Below the pieces are notes generated by a model. It was not told the DNA's origin, did no database searches, and was given only the letters and a program-made list of their open reading frames with translations. DNA of 64,000 nt from Mobula hypostoma (taxonomy: Eukaryota): assembly GCF_963921235.1 (NCBI RefSeq), contig NC_086107.1, forward strand, positions 99,510,001-99,574,000. The letters are read 5' to 3'. Below, in pieces: positions 24,413 through 35,420 of this stretch. Both the position numbers and the translations under genes were made by a program. Position 1 is the stretch's first letter; each line of letters starts with the position of its first letter.

Positions 24413-26339
24413 AAGGAAGAGTGAGTAAGGGATTTGAAAGTTGGAGGCGGAGGGGGAGATGCAAAATGATAGGAGAAGACAGGAGGGGGAGGGATAGAGC
24501 CGAGAGCTGGACAGGTGATAGGCAAAAGGGGATACGAGAGGATCATGGGACAGGAGGTCCGGGAAGAAAGGCAAGGGGGGGGGTGTGACCCAGAGGATGG
24601 GCAAGAGGTATATTCAGAGGGACAGAGGGAGAAAAAGGAGAGTGAGAGAAAGAATGTGTGCATAAAAATGAGTAACAGATGGGGTACGAGGGGGAGGTGG
24701 GGCCTTAGCGGAAGTTAGGGAAGTCGATGTTCATGCCATCAGGTTGGAGGCTACCCAGATGGAATATAAGGTGTTGTTCCTCCAACCTGAGTGTGGCTTC
24801 ATCTTTACAGTAGAGGAGGCCGTGGATAGACATGTCAGAATGGGAATGGGATGTGGAATTAAAATGTGTGGCCACTGGGAGATCCTGCTTTCTCTGGCGG
24901 ACAGAGGGTAGATGTTCAGCAAAGCGGTCTCCCAGTCTGCGTCGGGTCTCACCAATATATAAAAGGCCACATCGGGAGCACCGGACGCAGTATATCACCC
25001 CAGTCGACTCACAGGTGAAGTGATGCCTCACCTGGAAGGACTGTTTGGGGCCCTGAATGGTGGTAAGGGAGGAAGTGTAAGGGCATGTGTAGCACTTGTT
25101 CCGCTTACATGGATAAGTGCCAGGAGGGAGATCAGTGGGGAGGGATGGGGGGGACGAATGGACAAGGGAGTTGTGTAGGGAGCGATCCCTGCGGAATGCA
25201 GAGGGGAGGGGAGGGAAAGATGCGCTTAGTGGTGGGATCCCGTTGAAAGTGGCGGAAGTTACGGAGAATAATATGTTGGACCCGGAGGCTGGTGGAGTGA
25301 GGGAGATGTCTTCGTTTTTTAAAGAAAGGGGCTTCCCTTCCTCCACTATCAACTCTGCTCTTAAACGCATCTTCCCCATTTCACGTACATCTGTTCTCAC
25401 TCCATCCTCCCACCACCCCACTAGGAATAGGGTTCCCCTGGTCCTCACCTACCACCCCACCAGCCTCCGGGTCCAACATATTATTCTCCATAACTTCCGC
25501 CACCTCCAACGGGATCCCACCACTAAGCACATCTTTCCCTCCCCCTTCTCTCTGCATTCTGCAGGGATTGCTCCCTACACAACTCCCTTGTCCATTCGTC
25601 CCCCCCATCCCTCCCCACTGATCTCCCTCCTGGCACTTATCCCTGTAAGCGGAACAAGTGCTACACATGCCCTTACAGTTCCTCCCTTACCACCATTCAG
25701 GGCCCCAAACAGTCCTTCCAGGTGAGGCATCACTTCACCTGTGAGTTGACTGGGGTGATATACTGCGTCCGGTGCTCCCGATGTGGCCTTTTATATATTG
25801 GTGAGACCCGACGCAGACTGGGAGACCGCTTTGCTGAACATCTACGCTCTGTCCGCCAGGGAAAGCAGGATCTCCCAGTGGCCACACATTTTAATTCCAC
25901 ATCCCATTCCCATTCTGACATGTATATCCACGGCCTCCTCTACTGTAAAGATGAAGCCACACTCAGGTTGGAGGAACAACACTTTATATTCCGTCTGGGT
26001 AGCCTCCAACCTGATGGCATGAACATCGACTTCTCTAACTTCCGCTAAGGCCCCACCTCCCCCTCGTACCCCATCTGTTACTCATTTTTATGCACACATT
26101 CTTTCTCTCACTCTCCTTTTTCTCCCTCTGTCCCTCTGAATATATCTCTTGCCCATCCTCTGGGTCACACCCCCCCCTTGTCTTTCTTCCCGGACCTCCT
26201 GTCCCGTGATCCTCTCGTATCCCCTTTTGCCAATCACCTGTCCAGCTCTCGGCTCTATCCCTCCCCCTCCTGTCTTCTCCTATCATTTTGCATCTCCCCC
26301 TCCCCCTCCAACTTTCAAATCCCTTACTCACTCTTCCTT

Positions 26340-26381
26340 CAGTTAGTCCTGACGAAGGGTCTCGGCCTGAAACGTCGACTG
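26340..26381 (+). ncRNA. Minimal type I hammerhead ribozyme (Penelope pLTR)
   Basis: cagttagtc-CTGACGA-agggtctcggcct-GAAACGTC-gactg. Confidence 0.8.
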
Positions 26382-26869
26382 CACCTCTTCCTGTAGATCC
26401 ATTATCCTGATATAGGTAACAATAATAAATTAATCCAGTATAAAACATGTCCCTTTGATACCTTCTTGTGTTGTTGTAATTTACTTCCCTGCCCATCAGC
26501 AAATGTAACAATCATACTTTTCCTGTCTTCAACCAAGGCATTCATGTAAATTGTAAGAAGTCTGGCCTCAGCACTGATCTCAGTGGCACATCACTTATCA
26601 CATCTTGTCAAAAAACATTTATGGTTGCTCTCTGTATTACATTAGTCAGTCAATTTTCCATCCATTCCAACACATTACTCGCTACACTATGAACTTCTAT
26701 ACTATTGTCTTTGATCAAATGATTTCTGAAACTCTGAGAAAATTTATCACAGCACGTTACTACATATACTCTTTGATTTTACTTTATCGCTGAACTCCAT
26801 CTATATACATCTCTCAAAATCATTGCTCCCGAACACCTTTATAGCCAATGTACTTACGTAGTTATAGAG

Positions 26870-27500
26870 TGAATCAGGCTCTTTGATCAACTGGTCCATG
26901 CCAACCAAGCTAGTCCGAATTGCCCACATCCCTCTAAACCATTCCTGTCTATGTACCTGTCTAACTATCTTTTAAAAGTTGTTATTGTATTTGCCTCAAA
27001 CATTTCTGGCATTTCATTCCACCCACGTACCGCCCTTTGTATGAAAAAAAAGCCCTTCAAGTTGCTATTAAATCTCTCCCCTCTTGGCTTAAACTTATGG
27101 CCTCTAGCTCTTGACTACCCAGCCTTTTGAAAAAGACTGAGTGCATTCATCCTATCTATGTCTCTATGTCACTCATGATTTTGTACTCCTCTATAATATT
27201 ACCTTCTGTCTCTAGCACTCCAAAGCTAGCTTGTCCAACATCTCCCTGTAACTCAGTCTGTCAAATCCTGCCAATATTGTTGTTAATCTTTCTGCACTCT
27301 TTGCAATTTAATAATAATTTTCCTTTAGATGGGTGGCCAAAACTGAACACAATACTACAAGAGTGGCCTCACCAGCATCTTGCATAACCACCACTTTTAT
27401 ATGACACCCCACCCCCGCAACTTTTATATTCTCCAAATACTCAGTGCCATGGCTGATAAAAGTCAGGATGCCAACAGCCACCTTCACCACCCTGTCTAAC
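26870..27500 (-). mobile_element. Degenerate CR1 LINE 3' fragment
   Basis: CR1 RT C-terminal remnants. Confidence 0.6.
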
Positions 27501-27702
27501 TGACTCCAGTTGGTCTAGTTTACTCTTTATAAGCCACTACCTCCATCCCCATTCTTATCCCTAAACAGATAAAATTAATGGTGACATGGCCACTCAATTT
27601 TGAGGGAAAGGTTCTGGTTAGGCATGATTATTGCTTGGACTCGGGCAGCATGAATATTAATGAACAGCTCTTAATATAGCACCTTATTCTACCTTTGATG
27701 CC

Positions 27703-27887
27703 CAATGTTCCCTCTAATTTTTTTTAAACCTGTCCAAATCTGAGCGGGAAACTTTTACACAGCCTAAAAACTGCACAGTAGTTTATATGAACATTACATA
27801 ACAAAAAATCCAGCTGTGCAAGCACAAAGGCTATGTGTGCAGAAGCATTTTAGTTACTGCACAGTCAGCAACTTAGAGGAAACAGTG
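27703..27887. mobile_element. hAT-like MITE
   Basis: TIRs CAATGTTCCCTCTAA / TTAGAGGAAACAGTG. Confidence 0.5.
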
Positions 27888-27939
27888 TTTGGTACTACCA
27901 TCTCTGTCTACGTGTTATCTGGGTTTCATTCTACAGTGT

Positions 27940-28280
27940 CACAATGCTATTGCCTCTAGCTCAAGGGATCTGGGTTCAATGTTGATCTCAGTTGATACCT
28001 GTAGAGTTTGCATGTTCTCCTAATGATCATGCGGATTTCTGCTGGGAGCTTTGCATTCCTCCCATGTTCCAGCAATGCTCTGTAAATTGCCCCTTAGTGC
28101 AGACTGGTGGTAGCAAATCAAAAGGCAAGTTGCTGGGTATATGAGTGAGAATAAGTTGCAGAACTGCAGGGAAATGAGGAATGGAAATGACAGGATGGTT
28201 CCCCTGGGAAACAGCACAGACCTGATGCACTGAATGGCCACTCATGCTGTACTACGTAGCATGCAGGCACAACATGAAAT
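27940..28280 (+). mobile_element. HE1-like tRNA SINE remnant (others at ~6320-7345, ~7960-8165, ~18930-19208, ~30800-31080)
   Basis: gggttcaat B box, gagtttgcatgttctcc and tgtaaattgcccttagtg body motifs. Confidence 0.55.
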
Positions 28281-28482
28281 ATTACAAATGGAACTGAATG
28301 GTGTGTAATTACACTGGACAACAAAGATTTTGCTTCCTAAATACTTTTGGGTGTATCTTATGAATTTTGGGCTGCTGATCATGAAAATCACCATGAAATT
28401 TCACTATCATGTACTATTGTTTTGAAATTGCCTATATTAGTTATTTCAATTCATAATTCAAGTCAATTAAAATGTTGTCCAC

Positions 28483-28682
28483 AAGAAGAAAGCCCTTAAC
28501 TCCGAGTGGAGTCATCGGGATGCCGTCTTTTTAGCAGGCTTTCTTATTTTTACTAGGCCAAGTTGCTAGCTTAACGCTCAACCCAGCACAAATGGAAAGC
28601 GTGCAAGGGAGCTGGCTGGATTCAAACTCGGGAGCCTTTGCTCCAAAGTCCGGCGCTGATGCCACTACGCCACCAGCCAGCT
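28483..28682 (-). mobile_element. tRNA-derived SINE nested in the DNA transposon
   Basis: A box TGGCGTAGTGG and B box GAGTTTGAATCC on the minus strand; shares head and body with 11078-11291. Confidence 0.7.
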
Positions 28683-29023
28683 GTTGCCCTCAAAGTAAGC
28701 TGAAGAGTTTTCTATCTTGTCCAGGCATGCTTAGTCCGGATGAATGCTGCATGGCAGCACAGGTTTTAGAAAGGCTGCTATCAGGAAAGCAGCTTGGATA
28801 CACCAAGCACTGTTGTTTCATTTATAAATGGGACAGCCATGCTAAAGAACCTCAGTACATTAAAAAGGATTGGCCACTCCATAAGCAAGTTGCTTTCAGG
28901 GTAGAAAAGTTTGGCACATACCCACTTGTAGACCCAACAAAGTTATTTTTGGCTCCTCTTCACATAAAACTGGGGCTTATGAAAAATTTTGTGAAAGTGA
29001 TGAACAAGGAAGTTGAAGGATTT

Positions 29024-29253
29024 GGAGATGTCAGGGGTAAGTTTTTTACACAGAGAGTGGTGAGTGCATGGAATGGGCTGTCGGCGGCAGTGGTGGAGGT
29101 GGAAACGATAGGGTCTTTTAAGAGGCTCCAGGATGGATACATGGAGCTTAGAAAAATAGAGGGCTATGGGTAAGCCTAGGTTTTTCTAAGGTAAGGACAT
29201 GTTTGGCACAGCTTTGTAGGCCAAAGGGCCTGTATTGTGCTGTAGGTTTCTAT
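29024..29253 (+). mobile_element. CR1 LINE 3' fragment nested in the transposase
   Basis: FFTQRVVSAWNGL...SFKRLQD C-terminal CR1 motif interrupting the transposase between EGF and YLKQMF. Confidence 0.8.
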
Positions 29254-31083
29254 GATATTTGAAACAGATGTTTTCCAGAATAACTGATGGCAAGATTAAG
29301 GAAGCCATTTTTGTTGGTCCACAATTCAAACTGGTCATCAATGACAGGCATTTCAAAGAACTTCTCGTAGGACTGGAGAAAATCACGTGGAGGTCATTTA
29401 AGGATGTAGTTGAAAGTTTTCTTGGCAACTACAGAGCAACAAACTACGTGCAACTGATTGACAATGTGCTTCAAGCATACAAAACCATGAAGTGCAATAT
29501 ATCACTAAAGGTTCATTTTCTGCATTCCCATTTAATCTTCTTCCCTGCAAATCTTGGCGCCGTCAGTGACGAGCATAGTGACAGGTTTCATCAGGACATT
29601 GCTGTCATGGAGAAACAGTATCAGGGCAACTGGAGTCCATCAATGCTGGGTGATTATTGTTGGACACTAAGCGAGAAGCCTTAGACACTGAGTAAAATCA
29701 AAAATAATCAACAACACATTTTTAGCTTAGTTGAACTATTGCAAAGCATTAGCACTGTTATGCAATTAAACACATTATATTCAATAAAAGTTCATTTCTT
29801 TTTTCTCCGGATTCCTATGTGATACAAGTAGTCTGAAATTATATCTGTGTTCAGCTTCAAGCAGACTATCATAAACAATAAAAAAATTCTGAGGAATCAA
29901 CACTTGTTGTTTCAGTGTTGTCCAGTGTTACATGATGATCTTATGCGTAATTAACTAGAGTTACGAGTAGTAGTAGATTACAATAAAAAGCAAGTTGGTA
30001 ACAAAACTGTAAACTTGAGAATTGGGAAGATTATTTGAACTTGCTTGTGAGTTGTTAACTTGCGAATAAATAGTTATGTAAGTACACCAGCAAGAAAAAT
30101 GTAAGATCTTCCACAAATATTAAAATGAATTTGACCAGGGGTTCCCAACCTGAAGACTACGAACCTCCCTAGTCCGTGGTATAAAAAAGTTGGGGAACCC
30201 ATGAGTTGAGCCATTTCCAGGCAGAGATGGGAGTAATTACATTGGGGATGCAAAGATCTGCAGAGAGATGTAGACAGATTAAGTGAGTGGGCAAATTAGA
30301 ATGTTAGAGAGAAATTCACTTGGAAGGAAAATTTAAAATGCTGTTGTAAGAGATCTGCATGTGCTAGGTAACTTTGAATGCACAGAATTACCTACAGATA
30401 CATGCATTTTAAAAGGGAAATGGGACATTAGTCTTTAAGCAAGAAGGTAATGTTCCCTCTAAGGTGAGTGCGTGCACACATCGTGGAATGATGGGAGAGT
30501 GGAGAGGGGAGACTTGCAGCATGGGCAACTGCTGGTCTTCCATACAACCCTGCCAAGGCCTGTGCCCCGGCGAGTGAAGACTTTCCAGGGGCAGATCCAT
30601 GGTCTCGCAAGACTAACCAATGCCTTTAAGTTATCCCGTGAAGGATTGAATAAAATGGGCCTTTACCCAAAGGAGTTCAGAATAATAGGTAATCCCAATA
30701 GAACACAAGATTCTGAGAGAGATAGACAAGGCTGTTTCGCATCATGTATTTTTTCTTTATAATTCTGGGGGCCTTTCTGCCCTTTGAGTCTCTGCCAGAA
30801 ACAGAATGATCCAATTCCCTGTTATTTCTCAGTGACCTATTGTCTCTCAGGTGCCCATCAGCTCCCCTACCCCACCCCACCCCACCCCACCATGCTAGGA
30901 CAATTTTCAGTCAATTAAGCTTGCAACCAGCATATTCTTGGGACGTGGGGGAAAACTGGAGCATTGAGGAAAACCCAGGCAAAGAGTGAATGTGCAAAGT
31001 CTATACAGGCACCAACTGAGATCAGAATGAATCCTGAGTTGGTGAAGCATCGAGGAAGCAGCACCATCTACTCCACTGCCATA

Positions 31084-31314
31084 AACAACAGGAATTCTGC
31101 AGATGCTGGAAATTCAAGCAACACACATCAAAGTTGCTGGTGAACGCAGCAGGCCAGGCAGCATCTGTAGGAAGAGGTGCAGTCGACGTTTCAGGCCGAG
31201 ACCCTTCGTCAGGTCGTTAGTCCTGACAAAGGGTCTCGGCCTGAAACATCGACTGCACCTCTTCCTACAGATGCTGCCTGGCCTGCTGCGTTCACCAGCA
31301 ACTTTGATGTGTGT
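31084..31314. mobile_element. Palindromic two-arm Penelope pLTR insertion
   Basis: ~95 bp inverted arms; TSD TACTCCACTGCCATA at 31069-31083 and 31315-31329. Confidence 0.9.
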
Positions 31315-32195
31315 TACTCCACTGCCATACTGGCTTTGCTATAGAGCTATTTAGGTTTGCTATGAGGTAATTTCTTCACAAGATTTGTATATTTTAGAAT
31401 TTTGAATATCAGAGACGCTTGGATGTTCATGTAAAGAATATTTAAGGCTGTGATTTCTGGATACTCAGACTTGATAAAGTGAACTGCACTGCACAACATC
31501 CTGGTCTTTCCTGTTCTCATTGTTCTGTTGTTAATAATTTAATCCATTCATATGTTCACATTTACTTAAAATTGATTATTGACTTTTGTGCTAATTGTTG
31601 ATTGTTCATGGCTGTTTGCACTATTATCTTGTAAATTGTGGTTGCTATTGTGATGTCTGTTACGGTATTGTCCTGTGTTTTATGCATGGCACAGAACAAC
31701 AATTAATTCTGGTATGTTTCACATACTGGCAATAAAGTGCTTCTAATTTTGATCCAAATCAGGAGGAAACTGGGATCAGCTTTGAATTTTAAATAAATGA
31801 TAGCAAACTCTAAAATCAAGTTAGCACTATAGCCAGAATATTGTCAAGGCTCTAGAATCTGAATTGTCACCTAAGCCTCAATTGTATTTTCATGTCATAA
31901 AACGTGAAGCATGAAGGTAGGCGCTAGTTGGAACTCAGAAGGAGGTCGTGATCGCGGATCACTGGGTAGTTTACGTTTTGCACATGGCTCTGCCATCTCG
32001 CTAGAAAACTCCCAGTTTCAATATTCCCATCGATGGTCATTCTTTGCTGGTTTCTAAACACCTTTCTCATCATTAGGATGGGGAGGATCAGAACTCATCT
32101 CCTTCAATTTATTTTGTTTGAAGATAGACTAATAGACTAAGATAACTGCACTGCTCCAAAGTGCACTATATGAGGTCATGCTTACTCTCAACCAT

Positions 32196-32606
32196 TAGAC
32201 TCTGGAATTCAGAAGAATGAGAGGGGATCTTATTGAAACATATAAGATTATTAAGGGATTGGACACGCTGGAGGCAGGAAGCATGTTCCCGCTGATGGGT
32301 GAGTCCAGAACCAGAGGCCACAGTTTAAGAATAAGGGGTAGGCCATTTAGAACAGAATTGAGGAAAAACTTTTTCACCCAGAGAGTGGTGGATGTATGGA
32401 ATGCTCTGCCCCAGAAGGCTGTGGAGGCCAAGTCTCGGGATGCTTTCAACAAAGAGATGGATAGCGCTCTTAAAGCTAGAGGAATCAAAGGTTATGGGGA
32501 TAAGGCAGGAACTGGATACTAATAGTGGATGATCAGCCATGATCACAGTGAATGGCGGTGCTGGCTCGAAGGGCTGAATGGCCTACTCCTGCACCTATTG
32601 TCTATT
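32196..32606 (+). mobile_element. CR1 LINE 3' fragment
   Basis: RGDLIETYKI...FFTQRVVDVWNALP plus CR1 3' UTR; same subfamily as 17722-18602. Confidence 0.9.
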
Positions 32607-32986
32607 GACTCTATAATGAGACAACCTTTAGCTGGCAAAGTGATGCCCCCCTCCTGTTACACTGTTTGTGGTAACTTATTTTTTATTCTTTCTACTTCTA
32701 TCTATGCACTTGTATTTATATCTGTGCATTTGCAATGCTACTATGACACTGTAATTTCCTTTGGGATCAATAAAGTATCTATATATAATATAAAACGACC
32801 AAGGATAACAATATTGATAAAGCATTAACTGAAAACTTCATTATAATTAGAGTCATACAAAAATATAGCATAAATACAGGCCCTTCAGCCCATCTAGTCT
32901 GTGCCAAACCATTAAACTGCCTAGTACCATTGACCTGCATGGGTGCATTTTTTTCCCCTAGATACTGTTCCTAAAAATCTTTGGAA

Positions 32987-33160
32987 TAACACATACAAAA
33001 TCCTGCAGGAATCCAACAGGTCAGCTAGCATCTACAGAAAGGAATAAACAGTCGCTATTGCAGGCTGAGACCCTTCACACCAAGACTGCAGAGCTCCTCC
33101 AGCATTTTGTATGTTACTCTGGATTTCCTGTATCTGCAGAATCTCTTGTACTGTATTTGT
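32987..33160. mobile_element. Degenerate two-arm Penelope pLTR insertion
   Basis: pLTR-like motifs in both orientations, flanked by ATCTTTGGAA on both sides. Confidence 0.6.
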
Positions 33161-33829
33161 AAAACATCTTTGGAACCTTCTTGAAGGAACTTGTTATAGA
33201 ATCAAAAAAGTTACAACGTGGAAGGAGGCCATTCATCCCATTGGTTTGTACTGGCTCTATATATTACCAGATGGTGTCCCTCCCCAAAACTCTGGCTCAG
33301 CAGGTCTGTGCAGAGTTTGCATGTTCTCCCTGTGCAACACACATAAAATGCATTAGGAACTCAGCAAGTCAGGCAGCATCTATGGTGGGAATACTAACCC
33401 AGCACCCTTTTGAAGGCTGTTGATGAAACTGCCTCCACTCTCACCCTGCACTCCAGATGACAGCCATTCACTAACGCCTTTCCTTTCTGTTCAGTCCACC
33501 GTTCCTCTCACGACCCTCATGCACTTTCAAAGCTGGACGAAATGCAGAAAGCTGAAACTGCTGGAAGTCTGGAAGATTGCTGGAATCAATGAGGCGGTAT
33601 TCCTGAATTTGCTCTCCTCGGATCCAAACCATGATAATTATAATTTCTATCCTGTGTGTGGTCTGTACCTACGTGCCCGTAATGCTGCAGGCAAATTCTT
33701 CCATTGTACCTGCACCTCATATGACAGTAAACTCGACAGACTGATGCAAGGTCCCAAGCATCAGCTGGTTTCAGATTTCGAGCTGTGCATAATTTTGTCT
33801 TTCAGTAAATGCTAATAATATTCAGGAGG

Positions 33830-34760
33830 TCGGGAAATTGTGTGGAGAACGCGGGAACTTGGATCATGCAGGTCACTTAAGGACGTTTCTTGAGGAATTT
33901 CCTCTCTGCCGAGATTAATTTCCTCTTTAAATGTCGTTCCAGCCCCTACTCCCCCCCAAAAAAAGGAATATGCCACGTTCAGACGCAGGGTCGTTCTGGA
34001 AAAATATGCTTTGCTCGGTTCTTTGACGAAAGGGGTTCAAGCAACATCGCCAGTCTCGTAATTGCGAGCAATGCAGCCACAGTCTCTCCCTCTCCTCCCG
34101 CCTCTAGCAATTTTTGAACTTGGTCCGCGCTGCGTCACGAGCCGCCGCCGTTGGCTGTGACGTCAGTTCCGGCGAGAGGGCTCGCGACGAGGCAGCCTAG
34201 ATCGAGCAAAACAAGGCGGTGGAAAATAACTCGATGCGAACCGGAGGCGTCTCTCGCGTTAACACCGAGCAGCTGTGCGCCCAACCGTGGAACCAAACAA
34301 GTGTCTCTGAGTTTGTCTGTGTCTCGGATCTTCTAAAAAAAGAAAGATGTCGGCACAGGCCCAAATGAGAGCCATGCTTGACCAGCTCATGGGCACATCT
34401 AGGGACGGTAAGCGCGTGAGTGGTGAGACCTGTCCTTATTTTGTTGAAATTTAATGTCGATGTTTCCGTATGAATAGGTATAACATGTCCGCTATGAGAA
34501 CCCGGCCAATATGGTGGCAGAAGCTGAAATCCTGACTCTCGTTCTCTCCCCGCCTCACTTCAAATGATTGATGGGTACCATTAGCCAATGGGATTTGAGT
34601 TCTCATGGATCGATGGTGGCCTTGGCCAGTCAAGGGAGACCGTTTGCGGATTGACCACCAGATTATCCAATAAATGAAGAAACGTCGTTTGTCTTTTGCA
34701 GGATGGCGGGATTTGAGACGACTAGCTGTATTTCGATTGGCTTCTGTGGAGGTTGAAGCG
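33830..34760 (+). promoter_or_regulatory. CpG-rich promoter/first-exon region of LUC7L2 with CRE and ETS-like motifs
   Basis: Local CpG enrichment in an otherwise CpG-poor window; TGCGTCA at 34131, TGACGTCA at 34158-34165 followed by TTCCGG at 34167-34172; directly upstream of the LUC7L2 ATG. Confidence 0.75.
34347..34407 (+). CDS. LUC7L2: LUC7-like 2, coding exon 1 (MSAQAQMRAMLDQLMGTSRD-G)
   Basis: ATG at 34347, ACG|gtaagc donor; 61 nt; matches the LUC7L2 N-terminus as I recall it (AML/TSRD rather than LUC7L ALL/TARD). Confidence 0.9.
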
Positions 34761-34979
34761 AGCCAATTGGTTTTAAATGGGTGGGACTTTCTCCATTCTC
34801 AATTATTTTGGGGTTTGAGTCATTTAGCGTTTCAGAATTGTAGCATTGAAAAAGAGGAGGGATTTACATCGCAGTAATTCACCAATACTGTTCAGTTGAG
34901 CTGACTAATTCAAATTATTAACAGAAGGAAAAAAATCAGAACAGTGGAAATCTGCGACTGAGCATTTCTCAACTGAAAT

Positions 34980-35420
34980 GTCAAAGTTTATTATCAAAGT
35001 ACTTATGTGTAGTATATGTCACCATATGCTACCTTGAGATTCATTTTCTTACAGCCATTTACAGGCAAATAAAGACATACAACAGAATTTAAGAAAAGCA
35101 TTAAGTAAAGACTGACAACCAATGTGCAAGACAAATTGTGCAAATAAATAGTACCGAGAACATGAGTTGTACAGTCTCTGAAAGTGAGTCTGTAAGGTTG
35201 TTGAATCAGTTCAGAGTCAAGGAGAGTGAAGTTATCCACAATGATGGTTGAAGGGTAATACCTTTCTGAATTTGGTGTGTGGGACCTTAGGCACCTGTAC
35301 TTCCTGCCTGATGGTAGTAGCAAGAAGAGAACATGGCTTGGATTTTGGGAGTCTGTGATGGATGCTGCTTTCTCGTGGCAGTGCTCTTCGTTAGTGTACT
35401 CAATGGTGGGGAGGCCTTTG
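34980..35420 (-). mobile_element. Rex1/L2-like LINE 3'-end derivative (similar pieces at ~300-560, 17075-17720, 20230-20520, 36560-36950, 44360-44850)
   Basis: caaagtttattatcaaagta tail and tacttcctgcctgatggtagtagcaagaagagaacatgg motif (LLPSGRKYR). Confidence 0.6.

Larger units (their letters stand above)
24270..26397. mobile_element. Penelope-like insertion forming a ~1 kb-arm inverted repeat (left arm -, right arm +)
   Basis: GIY-YIG ORFs on both strands (24705..25448 -, 25722..26048 +); junction near 25296; TSD TCCATTATCCTGA at 24257-24269 and 26398-26410. Confidence 0.93.
28312..29927 (+). mobile_element. Chapaev3-like (CMC) DNA transposon, internally deleted, with nested SINE and CR1
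   Basis: TIRs CACTGGACAACA...TGTTGTCCAGTG; 3-bp TSD TTA at 28309-28311 and 29928-29930; transposase motifs PLHIKLGLMKNFVK, FVGPQ, SLKVHFLHSHL, SDEHSDRFHQDI..ME..YQG.W...ML.DYCW. Confidence 0.8.

Noticed and set aside
25117-25725. 202-aa ORF (and 24705..25448) spanning the centre of the inverted repeat
   Set aside because: Read-through across the arm junction, joining antisense and sense Penelope sequence; not a gene.
28592-29173. 193-aa ORF that looks like a novel protein
   Set aside because: Chance chimera of antisense SINE, transposase fragment and nested CR1 sequence.
31084-31314. Pre-miRNA or MITE interpretation of the long hairpins
   Set aside because: Sequence is entirely Penelope pLTR with 14-15 bp TSDs and asymmetric ends.
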